NCBI RefSeq assembly: GCF_041146345.1
Contig: NW_027191404.1
Location: 2,480,001-2,544,000, forward strand
DNA from: Neodothiora populina
Lineage: Eukaryota
Length of the DNA: 64,000 bases
Direction: 5' to 3'
Shown one piece after another: positions 1-12,295 of the stretch. The position numbers and the translations under genes are program-made. Positions within the stretch are counted from its first letter, which is position 1, and each line of letters opens with the position of its first letter. The notes beneath the pieces were generated by a model. The model was not told the DNA's origin. It made no database searches and was given only the letters and a program-made list of their open reading frames with translations.

Positions 1-2007
1 GTGATACACAACAATGGTAGGCGCCTGGCCATCTCCACCGCATGTCGAGGCTACCGACTTGACCAAGTCATCACCTCCCTTTTGCGCGTAGAGGTTGTTT
101 CTGTCTCCTTTGATTCCATTCCAGGAAACATAACCTTCGCCGGCGTCCGAGCTCAGGAACACTATACACATGTCCTGGTCCGCAGCCTCCTCGAACTTGT
201 CGTTCGTGGGCACCTCTGTAAGCTCGACAGTGCTCTTGTTGAAGTTGTCGCGAAGAGCATCACCAGGTGCGACAAGATAAGGAAACTCGACGGCGCCAGA
301 ACCCCATCCCATGGCCAATGTGCCTTTGTTGCATGCACGATCGCCGCACTCGTTAGGCCCGTTCGGGTTGTTGTATGCGTCCTCTCCGAAGATGCCAATC
401 CTGATCTTTCGGTCACCGCCCGATTTCAGCGTGGCGTTGCGGGCAAGCGGTAGCACGGCATCGTCATTTTTAACAAGCACAATGCCTTGAGCAGCAACTT
501 CTCGAGCGACGATGCTGTGTGCATCATCTCCCTCGCCTTGTACATTGACGAATTTGTTGACAACACCAGTAGTCTTGTCGTCACTGCCGGGATGGAGTTT
601 GCCCACGCGCTCATCCGTCCACGAAGAAAAGTTAGGACCACCTCCGTCCTCAACATAAGGCCAGGCTGTCTTGTTGTCCTGACCCATCTGATACCAGGCG
701 GCGACAATGCGCATGGTCATGTCGTTTAATCTGTCTAGTGGCAGACTCTCGTTGAGGACAGACTTGGTCAATTCGCCACCCCAAAGAGACACTCCATCTT
801 CCCATTTCAGACCGTCGCCAGGCATAGACATGTCGAGTCCAGCAAGCGCACTGGCGACACCACTTCTCTGTGCCAGCCAATCACTCTGCATGAATCCCTG
901 GAAGCCGAGCTCGTCCTTGAGGATGCCGTTGATGAGCTTGCTGTTTTGACAGGCATAGCTGTTGTTGACCTGGTTGTAGGAGCACATTACACTGCCGACT
1001 CCCGCCCTGATACTTTCGGCGAATGGCCAGGCGTACATCTCATGCAGAGTTCTATCATCGACGTTGCTGCTGATGGCGTTCGGCGTGCCCCACTCCCAAC
1101 TCTGGCGGAAGTGTTCCTGTTCATTTGCAATGAAATGTTTTGCGGTGGCGATGACGCCCTGATCTTGAATGCCTTTGATGGTTTGGGCAGCAGCAATACC
1201 TTGTAGCACGGGATCAGGGCCGAAACCCTCCCAATTCCTGCCGCCGGCTGGCAGGCGTCCAAATGCACCCATGCTAGGACCCAGGATAACATTGACACCT
1301 TTGCCGCGAGCTTCCAAAGCATGTGCTCGGCCCCTTCTGTACATCAGGTCTTTGTTCCACGTGGCGCCGACAGTGATGCCAGCAGGAAAAGCAGATATGT
1401 TGTCGGCGAACCTGATCCCAAGAGGCCCGTCCTGCAGGCAGAGACTAGGAAAGCCCAGTCTGTCGACTGGACCGGTATTGCCAACACATGGACCCATGCT
1501 CCACCCCGTGCCTGTAGTGACATTGACCTTTTCCACCAGGGTCATCTTGCGGACCAGTTCTGCGGCCTTTTTGTATGACTCTTCCCATGGCCTGACAGTT
1601 CCTCCAAGAGGAGAAGGATACCACGGCTCGCTCTGGCCATCGGTAGGCACAGACTTCTTGTAGACCCAGATACCGCCGGCGCTCAGCAACAAGAGCAAAG
1701 CGACGACAAAGAGACCGACCATGGAACAACACATGCGACTCGGGATCAACCATCTTTGCCACCCAGCGCGTCGTTTCGAAGGTCGCGGCTCGGCATAGAA
1801 GACAGACTTGGAAGGTTGGCTAGCATCGTCAGTGTAGGCTCGATCGCTGGCTTTGAGAGGGTCGAGCTCGTTGGTCGAGTCGATCGAGGACGAACGAGAC
1901 GACCTGGACAGCATCGACGAGGTCTGGTCGGCAGAGTCCACCATGTTGTTCCTCGGTGATGGACTTTCTGACGAGGCTTTGGGATGGAGCTCGTAGCTGT
2001 CGGGCAT
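1..2007 (-). CDS. bglE: GH3 beta-glucosidase, type II membrane-anchored (BglE-like); 3' end runs off the window
   Basis: Minus-strand ORF from ATG 2007, absent from the ORF track because no stop is reached. It has a Ser-rich N-tail, a TM segment (MVGLFVVALLLLLSAGGIWVY), WYPSPLGG, MTLVEKVNVTTGTGW and the catalytic GH3 motif ELGFQGFMQSDW. Confidence 0.9.
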   Translation of the reverse strand, partial: MPDSYELHPKASSESPSPRNNMVDSADQTSSMLSRSSRSSSIDSTNELDPLKASDRAYTDDASQPSKSVFYAEPRPSKRRAGWQRWLIPSRMCCSMVGLFVVALLLLLSAGGIWVYKKSVPTDGQSEPWYPSPLGGTVRPWEESYKKAAELVRKMTLVEKVNVTTGTGWSMGPCVGNTGPVDRLGFPSLCLQDGPLGIRFADNISAFPAGITVGATWNKDLMYRRGRAHALEARGKGVNVILGPSMGAFGRLPAGGRNWEGFGPDPVLQGIAAAQTIKGIQDQGVIATAKHFIANEQEHFRQSWEWGTPNAISSNVDDRTLHEMYAWPFAESIRAGVGSVMCSYNQVNNSYACQNSKLINGILKDELGFQGFMQSDWLAQRSGVASALAGLDMSMPGDGLKWEDGVSLWGGELTKSVLNESLPLDRLNDMTMRIVAAWYQMGQDNKTAWPYVEDGGGPNFSSWTDERVGKLHPGSDDKTTGVVNKFVNVQGEGDDAHSIVAREVAAQGIVLVKNDDAVLPLARNATLKSGGDRKIRIGIFGEDAYNNPNGPNECGDRACNKGTLAMGWGSGAVEFPYLVAPGDALRDNFNKSTVELTEVPTNDKFEEAADQDMCIVFLSSDAGEGYVSWNGIKGDRNNLYAQKGGDDLVKSVASTCGGDGQAPTIVVYH

Positions 2008-2942
2008 GTTGAGCAGAGGCTGAGAAGCGCTTAAGGCCGCGTCCGTGTCATGCGGAATCCGGTGACTGCGCTGTCTGTCACGGCCAATGGGAGATCTCTA
2101 ATCTAATCCAAGAAATCTATGCAAGCATCATCTACAAGTACTGGCGTTGAGACATGTGTATTGTATGATCTGCGAGCGAAGATGCATTGAGGTGCCGAAA
2201 GGAGCACTGGACCCTTTACTGCATTGCATCTCAGCCTTCCCCTGCATCCCCGCTGGCGCTAGCCCAAACTATCCCAGATATAGACATACAAGTACTTGTA
2301 CTGTAGCATCCCCTTGGGCACTACCGCTTGGTCACATCCTGGACTGCTTCTTCAATGGCGCACTCGCGGAAATGGAAGACATCAAAGCAGGAGCAGATCC
2401 GGAGGATCGACGGAATAGTACGGAGAGTATCATTACGGTGCCTTGACTGGGATACCCTAATATAGCAGTGGCGACGCTCGGCGATGCTCATCTTATCTCC
2501 GTCTTGCTTCCATTGTCAAAGAGGTGCAGTAGTGTACACCGTATTGATCCTTCATCTCGCTGTATAGGGCAGAGCAGAAGCATGCTGGACACAGTCAACT
2601 CGTCTCTTGAAGTCAGAGTATCCCGCATGTGTCTCGGCAGAAGATCTGAGCCGAGCAGGAGTCCTCATCTTCAAAGTAGAAATGGAAACATGTTCGGCGT
2701 AGAGAGATCCCTAACTCCGTCGGCACAACTGAGGTGGGCCTTCCTTACGTAACGCGTCATACATGCGGCTCCACCTCACGCGTACTATACACTATCAGGA
2801 CATCCAAGTACAAGTACATTCTGGTAGCGCTGGTAAAATATAACGCAGGGACTTATAATAAGTTCATCGAGTCCCATTCATTCATAAAAGCCTAGCACTG
2901 TATAACTCACCTCTTCTATTGGCCTATCGAGACACAATAAAT

Positions 2943-4085
2943 ATGGGCTCTGTTTCCGTCAGATCCATACCGTCCCGCGTTATCTTGCCAGCGTCACCCC
3001 CGGCTCACTGGGTCGGTAATCCTCCCACACATTTCGTCAATCCCTGGCAGTCGGCCAAACATCATTCTTTACTCGATGTTCTACATACACGCTTCGGCAA
3101 CAACCGTAATTATGTTCCCATTCCGGAAACCAGAGACGAATTGGTCAAAGTCAGACAGCCTGACTGGGGCCGAACTCAACATGACTGGCAGGCAGGCCTC
3201 AAATGCACCTGGCTAGGACATGCGAGCTTCCTGGTAGAAATGCCATCTACAAGCAGAACCTCGAAAGAATCTCGCGGTCTGCGTATGCTGCTTGATCCCG
3301 TGTTCAGTGAGAGAACAAGTCCCTTTACCTTCCTTGGCCCGAAGCGTTACACTCCTACCCCATGCCAACTTTCAGACTTGCCAGAGATAGATCTCATTGT
3401 TATTTCACATGATCACTACGACCACCTTGACATACATACCGTCGACTATGTATGCAAGAAGCAAGCAGAGGCCGGTCGACATGTGCAGGTGTTCGCGGGC
3501 TTAAATAACAAGCACTGGTTCCTCCATGGTGGATTTGGCCTGCGCGATCAGGATGTGCATGAGTGCGATTGGTGGGACGAACGTCAGGTCGACATTGAGG
3601 GATTGGGCAGCATAAAAATCACTTGTACCCCGACCCAGCACAATTCCGGCCGGACGCCGTTCAATGCCGGGAGCACCCTATGGTGTTCCTGGGTGATTGA
3701 GGATGTCGATACTGGTAAGAAGCTTTACTTTGCCGGCGATACCGCCTATAAGGCTACCCACACGGAGACCCCTTGCCCGGAATTCGAGAGGATAGGTCAG
3801 AACTTTGGCCCCTTTGACCTCTCTCTGCTACCCATTGGACTGTATAGCCCACGTGATTTCATGAGCCACCTTCATACCGATCCGGAAGGAAGTCTAGAGA
3901 TTCACAAGGCCATCAGGAGTCGCAAGAGCATCGGTATGCACTACGGCACCGTCAGAGGAGGCCTATCCCAACATTACGAGGATGTCCGGGAGCCGCCCAG
4001 ACGATGGCAAGAATGCTGTGAGAAAGAAGGCAAGTGGGGTTCAGAGTGTGGGTTGTGCGACGTGGGAGAGACAGTGGTTGTGTGA
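2943..4085 (+). CDS. N-acyl-phosphatidylethanolamine-hydrolysing phospholipase D (metallo-beta-lactamase fold, NAPE-PLD/FMP30 family)
   Basis: Intronless ORF with motifs TWLGHAS, DPVFSERTSP, SHDHYDHLD, QHNSGR, YFAGDT, LLPIG and GMHYGT. The first ATG is at 2943. Confidence 0.9.
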   Translation: MGSVSVRSIPSRVILPASPPAHWVGNPPTHFVNPWQSAKHHSLLDVLHTRFGNNRNYVPIPETRDELVKVRQPDWGRTQHDWQAGLKCTWLGHASFLVEMPSTSRTSKESRGLRMLLDPVFSERTSPFTFLGPKRYTPTPCQLSDLPEIDLIVISHDHYDHLDIHTVDYVCKKQAEAGRHVQVFAGLNNKHWFLHGGFGLRDQDVHECDWWDERQVDIEGLGSIKITCTPTQHNSGRTPFNAGSTLWCSWVIEDVDTGKKLYFAGDTAYKATHTETPCPEFERIGQNFGPFDLSLLPIGLYSPRDFMSHLHTDPEGSLEIHKAIRSRKSIGMHYGTVRGGLSQHYEDVREPPRRWQECCEKEGKWGSECGLCDVGETVVV

Positions 4086-4885
4086 AGCAGAGTAGCGACA
4101 TGAAGCCCGTCGATTTCGAAAGACATGTCCGTGTCTCTTGTGTCGATGCCAGATTCGTCGAAATACAACATGACGACAATCTATGGGCTGCTGTCGCTAG
4201 TCTTGTCAAATGTGTCCCTTACACGCGTGCGACCAGGATAGCGACCTGGCACACAACAGCGTCGAATTGTGACAACAAGTTCCGGATCATCTACGAACGA
4301 GATCAACGTCATGCACACTCTGTGTCGACTGAGACGTCGTCCTCCCTCCGACGAGCCTAGAAGCATGTACACTGAGCGTTCATACATACATCTGTTCCTG
4401 ACACTGATTTGATCAGTTGAGGTGCTGATCATATGAGTTTAGCTAAAGGTGCACAGTGGCATCAATAGACGAGGGGTGGCAGCATGAGTCATGTAAATGG
4501 TCCCCATACAAACTTGAAGCCACCAGAATAACCATGTAATGACTCAAGCAAAGCCGCCACCAATCGATTTGCTTACAACTACCTTTACTCCCATATAAGG
4601 TATTCATAGAATTGTCCAACCATTTCTTGTAGGACCTTGGTATCTGTGAAGACAGCTGTTGCAACGTGCTCCGAGGGAGATGCCGCAAGATTGAACGAGA
4701 GAGTCTGATGCCTTTTAGAGAGCTCATTTAGCAAAATCTGGACGAAGTTTCCTCAGAAATTACCATCTGCCTTTCAACATTGTCAAAAGTCGATAGAATT
4801 AGAACCAGAATTCAGACACTCCTTGCGTGATCGTCCCATCACACAGAAGCCAAAGTAGCCTGAAAGACAAGATCAAAAGACAAAA

Positions 4886-6529
4886 ATGGATACCTCGTCC
4901 ACAGCTGCCGTGCTTCTCCTCAACCTTCCTCCCAAGGCTCTAGGCGGTATCGATCTTCTGTCTTTCACAACAACCCCCAAATTCCAGGGCATCAAGAACC
5001 TCCCCAAGGGTTTCCACTTCGTATTCACAGCCAGCACGTCCTCTCTCTCCGTGCGTCATGGAGCCTGGATCCACGTACAATCGACCGGGCCCCGCCACAC
5101 GAGCAACACACCTCCCGACCTCTTCGTCAAGAAATGGGACGCATCCTCGGAGTCTCTACTCCCCGAAACCGAGCACGCACAGCTCCTACACTGGCGCGCG
5201 AACCTCGGGAGTATCTGGCGCGAAGGCCTGACACCCTACCGCCAAAGCGCAGCAACAAGTCCATCAACAGACGAGTTCGAAAGCAACGACTGGGCGCAGC
5301 TGACCTCGCACATGACACGCGCGACGCTGAGCCGCATCCTGGACCCGAACCCAGATCACTGCACGTTGACGTCGGCGTCGAGCGCGAAAGTGGACGTCGA
5401 CGATATCCCCGGGTTGTCGGCGGCGGAAGTGCGCAACACGCAGGACGAGCGCGAGCTGCGGTTCTTGCCTGTTGATCTGAAGCAGACGTGGCGCGAGGGC
5501 GCGACGGGACGGGAGAGGACCGAGGCAGCGCAGGACCGGAGTTGGTATCTCGATGATCTCGTGTCTAGGCACTGCAGCAGTAGCAGCAGTCCCTCGAATG
5601 CCTACGACGAGATCCTCGCGGAGCTGGAATTCACATTTCTCATGATCCTGACGCTCAACAACTACTCGAGCCTGGAACAATACCGCCGGCTCATAACCCT
5701 GGTCCTGACCTGCAAAGCCCTCATCACGACGCACCCCTCATTCTACACCTCCTTCTTCTCCCTTCTGAAACTCCAGTTCCAACACTGCGACGACACGGAA
5801 AGTGCGAGCCTCTTGGACTTTTCCGAGGAAGACAGCACCTTTCTGAAGCCTCTGCTTTCGAAATTCAAACGCGTGCTAGAGATCGACCTGCCCTCGTCAA
5901 CACCAAACAAGCAAGACGTGATGGACGAATTCGACGCGCTGACGGACTACCTCGACGAGACGCACGGCTGGAGCTTTTCTTCCTTTTCCCTGTCTTCCTC
6001 CTCCTCCCATCACCAGCACCATAGCCATAACTCGACAATATCGCGCAACGGCATCCTGACCCTCGAAGACGGCGAGGAAATAGACCTGAACGCACCCGAT
6101 GATCACAACCACGCGCACACGGGCTTTTCGTCTTTCTCTTCTTCGCGCAAACGCCTCTCTGATACCAATAACGCTAACGCTAACAACGAGAATGAAGACG
6201 ACGACGACGAAGAAGACGAGTCCGGCGAGTACGCGCCTCAAATCGTTGATCTGACGCCTGAGCAGATGCGCGAGTTGGGGTTTTTGGCTGGGGCTGTTGG
6301 GGGAGCGGCGGAGTCAGAGGCGTTTTCTCCCGCGCTGCCGCTTAGGAGGGGCAAGTCGCTTAGGCAGACGATCAGGGATCAGGATGCTGAGGATGAGGAT
6401 GAGGAGGATGAGGATGGTGGAGTTGATAGGGGAGTTGGTTCGGCGTATGGACGGGAGGTTCAGGAGGGGTCGGATGATGAAGAAGAACAGGAAGAGATGG
6501 ATCTCGAGGACATGGATGCGAGGTATTGA
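4886..6529 (+). CDS. AAR2: AAR2 family U5 snRNP assembly/splicing factor with a long acidic C-tail
   Basis: The N-terminus LLNLPPKALGGIDLLSFTTTPKFQGIKNLPKGFHFVF, the AQDRSWYL motif and ILAELEFTFL...NYSSLEQY are typical of fungal AAR2. Confidence 0.85.
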   Translation: MDTSSTAAVLLLNLPPKALGGIDLLSFTTTPKFQGIKNLPKGFHFVFTASTSSLSVRHGAWIHVQSTGPRHTSNTPPDLFVKKWDASSESLLPETEHAQLLHWRANLGSIWREGLTPYRQSAATSPSTDEFESNDWAQLTSHMTRATLSRILDPNPDHCTLTSASSAKVDVDDIPGLSAAEVRNTQDERELRFLPVDLKQTWREGATGRERTEAAQDRSWYLDDLVSRHCSSSSSPSNAYDEILAELEFTFLMILTLNNYSSLEQYRRLITLVLTCKALITTHPSFYTSFFSLLKLQFQHCDDTESASLLDFSEEDSTFLKPLLSKFKRVLEIDLPSSTPNKQDVMDEFDALTDYLDETHGWSFSSFSLSSSSSHHQHHSHNSTISRNGILTLEDGEEIDLNAPDDHNHAHTGFSSFSSSRKRLSDTNNANANNENEDDDDEEDESGEYAPQIVDLTPEQMRELGFLAGAVGGAAESEAFSPALPLRRGKSLRQTIRDQDAEDEDEEDEDGGVDRGVGSAYGREVQEGSDDEEEQEEMDLEDMDARY

Positions 6530-6901
6530 TCTGCATTGGTTCTCTGGAGAAAAAAAAGTTCATTGAAATGATACGCAATGCTCGTGGAGCAAGCGACGCA
6601 AATGAATGCAGTCTACAGAAATGTCTAATACTCAGTCCCCCAAAACACCTGGACTCTTCTGAAGTGAGGGCGTTGTTACAATTCAAGGTGTCTTCCTTCC
6701 GTCTGTTTCCTGGAGGTGAGAGCGCCGATTCTCCTCCTTCCGCTTCCTTGACAGATACCCTCCCTTGATCTGGTGAAACCAATGACTGCGTCCCTGCAAC
6801 GATGAACCCGAGAAAAGTGGCAGCAATAGGAAAACCACATCATCTAGACCCCAAATTTTCGAACGACTGTCAAACAATACTTGAGCCCCTCTATACCCAG
6901 A

Positions 6902-9900
6902 TCAATGCGCAGGAGCTATAGGGCTAGCCTCGACCACACTAATCTTCCCTTCAGAGTCCCCCTTGGGACCATCTTCCTGCTTGGAGATATTAAACTTGTC
7001 GCTAAGATTAATAGCCAAGAAGCTCTTTGGCAACTTGACCGTGTGGAACTTGGCCCTCAGCGTCGCCAGGACTTCCTTGTAGTCACCGTGAGGGGTCAGA
7101 CTCCTGCGAGGCGTGCATCCGATGCAATGCTTCGAGTCTAGTTGCACATCGAGGGGATCAAAGGCGTGACAGCCTGGCGAAATGGTGATGCGGATGCTGT
7201 AGTTGAATGTGGCTTCCGAATCCGGATCGCTGTCGTTTGGTCTTTCGTTCTCAGACTCGTAGAGCTCGAAGCAGATGTGTGAGAGGTAGTCCAGCTCCGG
7301 TATGGCATTGCGGGCAATCTTGGTCTGTACGCCACCTTCCAGAATACAGTTCAGCAAGGTGTAGATGTGCGATTCCTTGGTGAAGTAGATGAATGACTTT
7401 GCGTCATCCGAGGCTTGCACTAAAATGTTTTTGTTAGCATTCAATGCAGCAAGACGACTGTAGTCAATACTTACATTCTTCCAAGTCCTTGACAATTTCC
7501 TTGAGCAGGGGCAGACTAGTCAATAGACCAATCTCGAGCTTCTCACTATCCAGCATACCGTATTCTTGAGGTCCAATGTAGTCAAAGAGGACCTTGGAGA
7601 ACCTGTACAGTTCTCTTAGCCTCTCCAGGCGAGCGTCAACCTTCACCTTGGACTCTGGAACGCCGGCATTGCCAGTGAACAGTGAGAAATAAGACTCGGG
7701 GTGCGATGTGCCCTTGTTGGACAAGCCAGCTTGCACCTGTCTCAGCGAAGCAGCAGCATTGTGAGATTTCCTTCGAGCGTTGAGCCTTTGCCCGAGCGAT
7801 CCCTTGTCTTTGGTCTCGGGCTTGTCTTCCACGGCATCGTTGCTGTTCTTGGATTCCTTGGAAGGTGCGAGTCCATCGTGAGTCTGGGTGAACTCTTCAC
7901 GGAGGTCAGATGATGCGGTCCTCTTGAGTGTGCTATCTGCATCGTTGCCATCCTCGACCATATCGCTACTCGGTGTAAAGACCCACTCGAGGAATTGTCG
8001 ATTGTGCAAAGCATCGAATTTCATCGTGTCGTAGAGTTCACTGATCTTGCTAGGGTCGACCTTTTCGGCATCGGTGAATTCGTCGAAAAGCTTTTCCCAT
8101 CGCTCCTTGAAGAGCGACGCATCCTCGCCAGCACACCACCTCGACTGGATAGTCTTGGGATCAACCTTGGCCATGCTGTCGTGACTCTTGGTTGTGTCAA
8201 GGCTAGTATCGGAGCCGTTTCTCGAAGGGCTCTTGAGTTTCTCAAGCGAGTTCTCGGCTTCCGATCCTAGCCTTGTAAAGTTGTGACGCATGACGCGGCG
8301 GTGGAACTTCATGAGTTCTACAACGTTCCGAACGACAACATAAGGCTCGGGCGTTCCGTCCTTGGGCCATGCGAATTGCTCGGGGGCTTGTTTTCCTTGA
8401 CGGAGGAGACCCTTGAGCTTCTTCTTGACCTTGTCCATCTCGTCTTTGGCTGCATTGGAGTCATCTAGCAGATCCTTCCTCACATGGATAAAGTCTGGAG
8501 CAAGCTCCTTTTGATCCAGGAATGACGAGGCAAAGATCTGGGCACTGGTGTTGACGCGACGCTCGGACGAGCTGAAGATTGAAACATCCTTGAGGGCATC
8601 GCGGTTCATCAGCAGCAAGTCGTTTCTCATCTGTTCGCCGAGATCGGTGGCCTGGTATCTTGCCGAATGGGTGGGCTCGCCTCCCCACTTCATGACGAGT
8701 TGTAGCTTGTCCAAGACGAGGTTGTTCTCTTCAGCAGATATCCTTGAGAGCGTCACATCCGACATTGACTCGCTACGTTGGTGCTCTGGAGCGCGCAGCT
8801 CCTTGTCTTGTTTGTCCTTTTTGTCTTTCTTTTCCTTCTTGTCCTTCTTCTGGCTTTCGCTTTCGGAACCCATGACAGCGTCTTCACGAAGTTCAGCGGG
8901 CAGCTCCTCCTTCTTAGGCTTGCGGAACATTGGCTTGATCTGAACCTTGGTGCCAGGCCATTTGCCCTTCTTTGTCAGTGCGTTCTGCAGCGTCAGCAAC
9001 TTGGTCTTGTCTTCTTCGCCTTCCTGCAAAGCAAGTTTGACAGCGTCTTGCACGCTTGCGAGTGCGGCTTCACCGACAAGCAAGACTTCCTCTCTGTGGC
9101 CCTTTAGGAGATCCACAAACGGTTTCGTGTGAAAGGTAAACTTGAACTTCTGCTTCGGTGTGCGATCGGCATGACGGATGACAGAGACCATGCCCTTGAG
9201 CTTCCACTGTGACTTGGACGCGGGCACCGGGGCAGGTTCGGTAGGTTCTTCGTGTTCAGACTCCTGAGACTCGAGTACTGCTTCGCTGTCGTCCAAGACG
9301 GGAGGCGGCAGTGGCTCAGTCTGCGAAGGTGGAACGGTCGGCGCCCTCGCCAGGGCGGGTTTCTCAAAGCTCGGTGGAGAGGTCAAGGGCGAAGTCGTAC
9401 CGGAGATGTCAGGCGAGCTGTTCGCCGGCTTGTGGTGGTGACGGTTGCCGAGATCTCGGAGCTTTGACACACTGGGCGAACGCAGGACAGACTTCAAAGC
9501 AGTGCGGTGGCTCGACATGGTGCCCTTGCGATGCAGAGGCGGCTCGCTCTGGCTGTCGGTGGGCTCTTCAGACTCTGACACCACATGCTTCTGCTCCCAT
9601 CGTATCTTTTCGCGAATGAACATGGACTTCAGGATGGTGGCGCATTTGTCGTAGTAGTCGTTGTTGTCTTTGACGAAACTCCAGCCATTGACATCGATGA
9701 CATAACTCTTGTCTCCGACACGCAGCAGATCGAACCCACAGATCCTTTGGCCGAACCCTTCGGCGATGCGAGCGGCCATGCCTGCCTCTTCTTTGCCTAG
9801 ACTGGTGACATAGCGGACTTCTTTGCCATTGGGGTTGCGCTTGACGACGCCATCGACGACAGGCGACTTGCGAGTCTCGGCGTGGCAATAATCGGTGCCG

Positions 9901-11586
9901 ACCGTGTAGGCCTTGACATCCTCGGCATTTTCCACTTTCAAAAACTGCTCGTAAATGTAGCTGCTACCAGGCTCGGTGATTGCGCGTGGCACGGTCAGTG
10001 TATCGTCCTTCTCGGAGCTTTTGTTGTTCACCTTGCGGAAGAGCCTGCGACCGCCACCACCCTGGTTCTTGGGGTAGTAGATGTGGATGTTGTGGTCCTC
10101 TCCGTCGGTGGGCTTCTCGACAAAGGGTTTGGTCAGCTTCTTGCCATTAACGGAGATTGTATCGCCATCGTCCAGCAGTTCGACGACAGGCTCTTGTATA
10201 GGCTCGGGCACCTCTTCATCCATGACATGGACTATCAAGCCCGTCTTCTCAAGCACTCTCTGCGCGATATCCGAGGTTTTGACCTTGGGGCCTCCGTCGC
10301 GGTTGACCTCGAGGCGTTCAGGCGTGGGCACATTGAGTTTGTCGAGTATCATAAGACAGATACGACGGTCCCAGAGAATGGTCTGCATGGGCAGGTCGTT
10401 GACGCAGAAAGGCTTCCTCAGTTTGGCGTAGGCAATGGCTTTGTCGAGTGGAAAGCCATCAGAAAAGAAAGAAATGAGAAAGTCGCAGATGGGCCAGTTC
10501 TCAACATCTTCGTCGAGGATGACCTTGTCACCGAAGACAATAACCTCGAATTCTCCGTTGGCGATCAATCTGTTGAGGATGTTCCTACTAGGTTTGCTCC
10601 TCGCCTTGCTATCGAGCGCACAAACTCCGATCTTGCCTATGGGAGCAGGCTTGTCCTCGCCGGGCCGCTCTGTGCTGGGGCTGGCGCTGTTGACTGTGCT
10701 TCCGCTGACTCGCCTTGAGACTGGGGTCCTCCCACGGACAGTAGCAGACTGGCGCGATGCACCACGTGGGGGCGGTGGCTGGCCTATGATGCTGTTTCGC
10801 GGCGAGGCAGCAGACGAGTGCGGCTCCGAGGGTGGCAGGAGTGCGGCTTCCCTGGAGCATTGAGGGATGGAAGGCGACAGCGGTACACTGGCAGCGGTGG
10901 GTGTGTGGGGCTGAGAGGTGGCAGAGACAGAGCTGTGGGGGTGGGAAATGTCTGGCTCAGAGCCCGCAACGGAGCTGGGCCCACTGCCGGCAGCACTTCC
11001 GCTGCCCATGGCGCCTCTAGCGCGATCGTACAAGGCAGAGCCTATCTGGTAGATGGAAGAGAAGGACACACGATTCGAGTCGGCGTCGGGGTCGGAGCGA
11101 GGGTGGTTCTGTGTAGACTCCAACAAGGAAGGAGTGGGCGAGATGTTGTCTCCTTGTCTCACGTCTGTGGTGGGAGTGGCATCGTGGTCGTCCTCAATGG
11201 CCGAGGAATCAGGCAGGGGGACATTGCCACCGCCAATGCCAATGCCAATTCCCGTCATTGCACTGTAGGGTGGGATAAGATGTGGGTGGGGAAGATGATG
11301 ATGATGATGATGATGATCAGAAAACCTGCGGTGAAGCGAGGTGGAAGAATATGAAGATCTGGAATAGGTAGAAGATGGGCGTCGTTGAGAGTCGGAAATG
11401 GTGTTATAGCGGGATTTTAATGCATGCGACGAAGATGAAGAGGACGACGAGGCCGTGGGCATAGAAATACTGGCCTTGTCGACTTCTCCAGCAGTGGTAC
11501 TCGCAGTGTCTAGATCAGAATATTTGCTGACACTGATGCTTCTTCTGCCAGCAGCAGCGACAGGAGGAAGGTGCTGCGATGGAGAT

Positions 11587-11627
<41 letters not shown>

Positions 11628-11744
11628 CTGGACAATGGATCTGGAGCTGTCGTTGCTCAATCTCCGCTGCAAAGACGACAGGGACGACGACGACGACGAC
11701 GATTTCGACTGCGTCTGTTGCTCCTCCATTTTGGGTTTCGGCAT
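6902..11744 (-). CDS. VIP1: Inositol hexakisphosphate/diphosphoinositol-pentakisphosphate kinase (Vip1/Asp1/PPIP5K)
   Basis: ATP-grasp kinase domain ([38 protein letters not shown]) followed by a His-phosphatase domain ([10 protein letters not shown]). A GT-AG intron at 7420-7474 joins ...[23 protein letters not shown]. The start is uncertain; the first in-frame ATG is 11744. Confidence 0.93.
11587..11628. repeat. (GCAGGA)n hexamer microsatellite encoding (Pro-Ala)n in the VIP1 N-terminus
   Basis: Direct reading. Nearby (GAC)n at ~11683-11700 and (GAT)n at ~11294-11317 encode poly-Ser and poly-His. Confidence 0.9.
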
Positions 11745-12295
11745 GTCGTCAAACCCGTTGATCAAAGCGAGAGCTTCAGAGCGTGCACTGGCCTGGATTC
11801 GGCGCTGCCCATTTCTCACTGTTGCGGTGGTAGACTAAGCTCTTACTACAGGTACGGAGACGCGAGATGGAACGCGATGCAGTCTTTGGGCACACATGGT
11901 CACTGAATATAAGGGTGAAGAGCCAAGCCAAGGACACGACATCGAACGATAGATACTGTAGATACACAGGAGGAGGAGAGTCCAGAGGTTTAACGTCGCA
12001 CTATCACCAGTCGAGCCAAGTCTGTCTCGTACCACAAGCAAGCAACGATCCCACCAACAAGCAGCGATAGAGATGAATCCATACCTAAAGGTATTAGTGC
12101 TTTTGGCGCCGCAAAGTGAACGCGGAGATGGATAAGATAAGATCTCTGCAGTAATCCACTGCACTGAGGCACAGACCTCTACTCGGGCAATCCTCAAAAA
12201 CGTGGAGCAGACGGGCTTGGCAAAGATTTCTCTGAAGTCGAGAATCAATATCGAATCAATAATAATTCCATCTCGACAGATACACACACGACACA

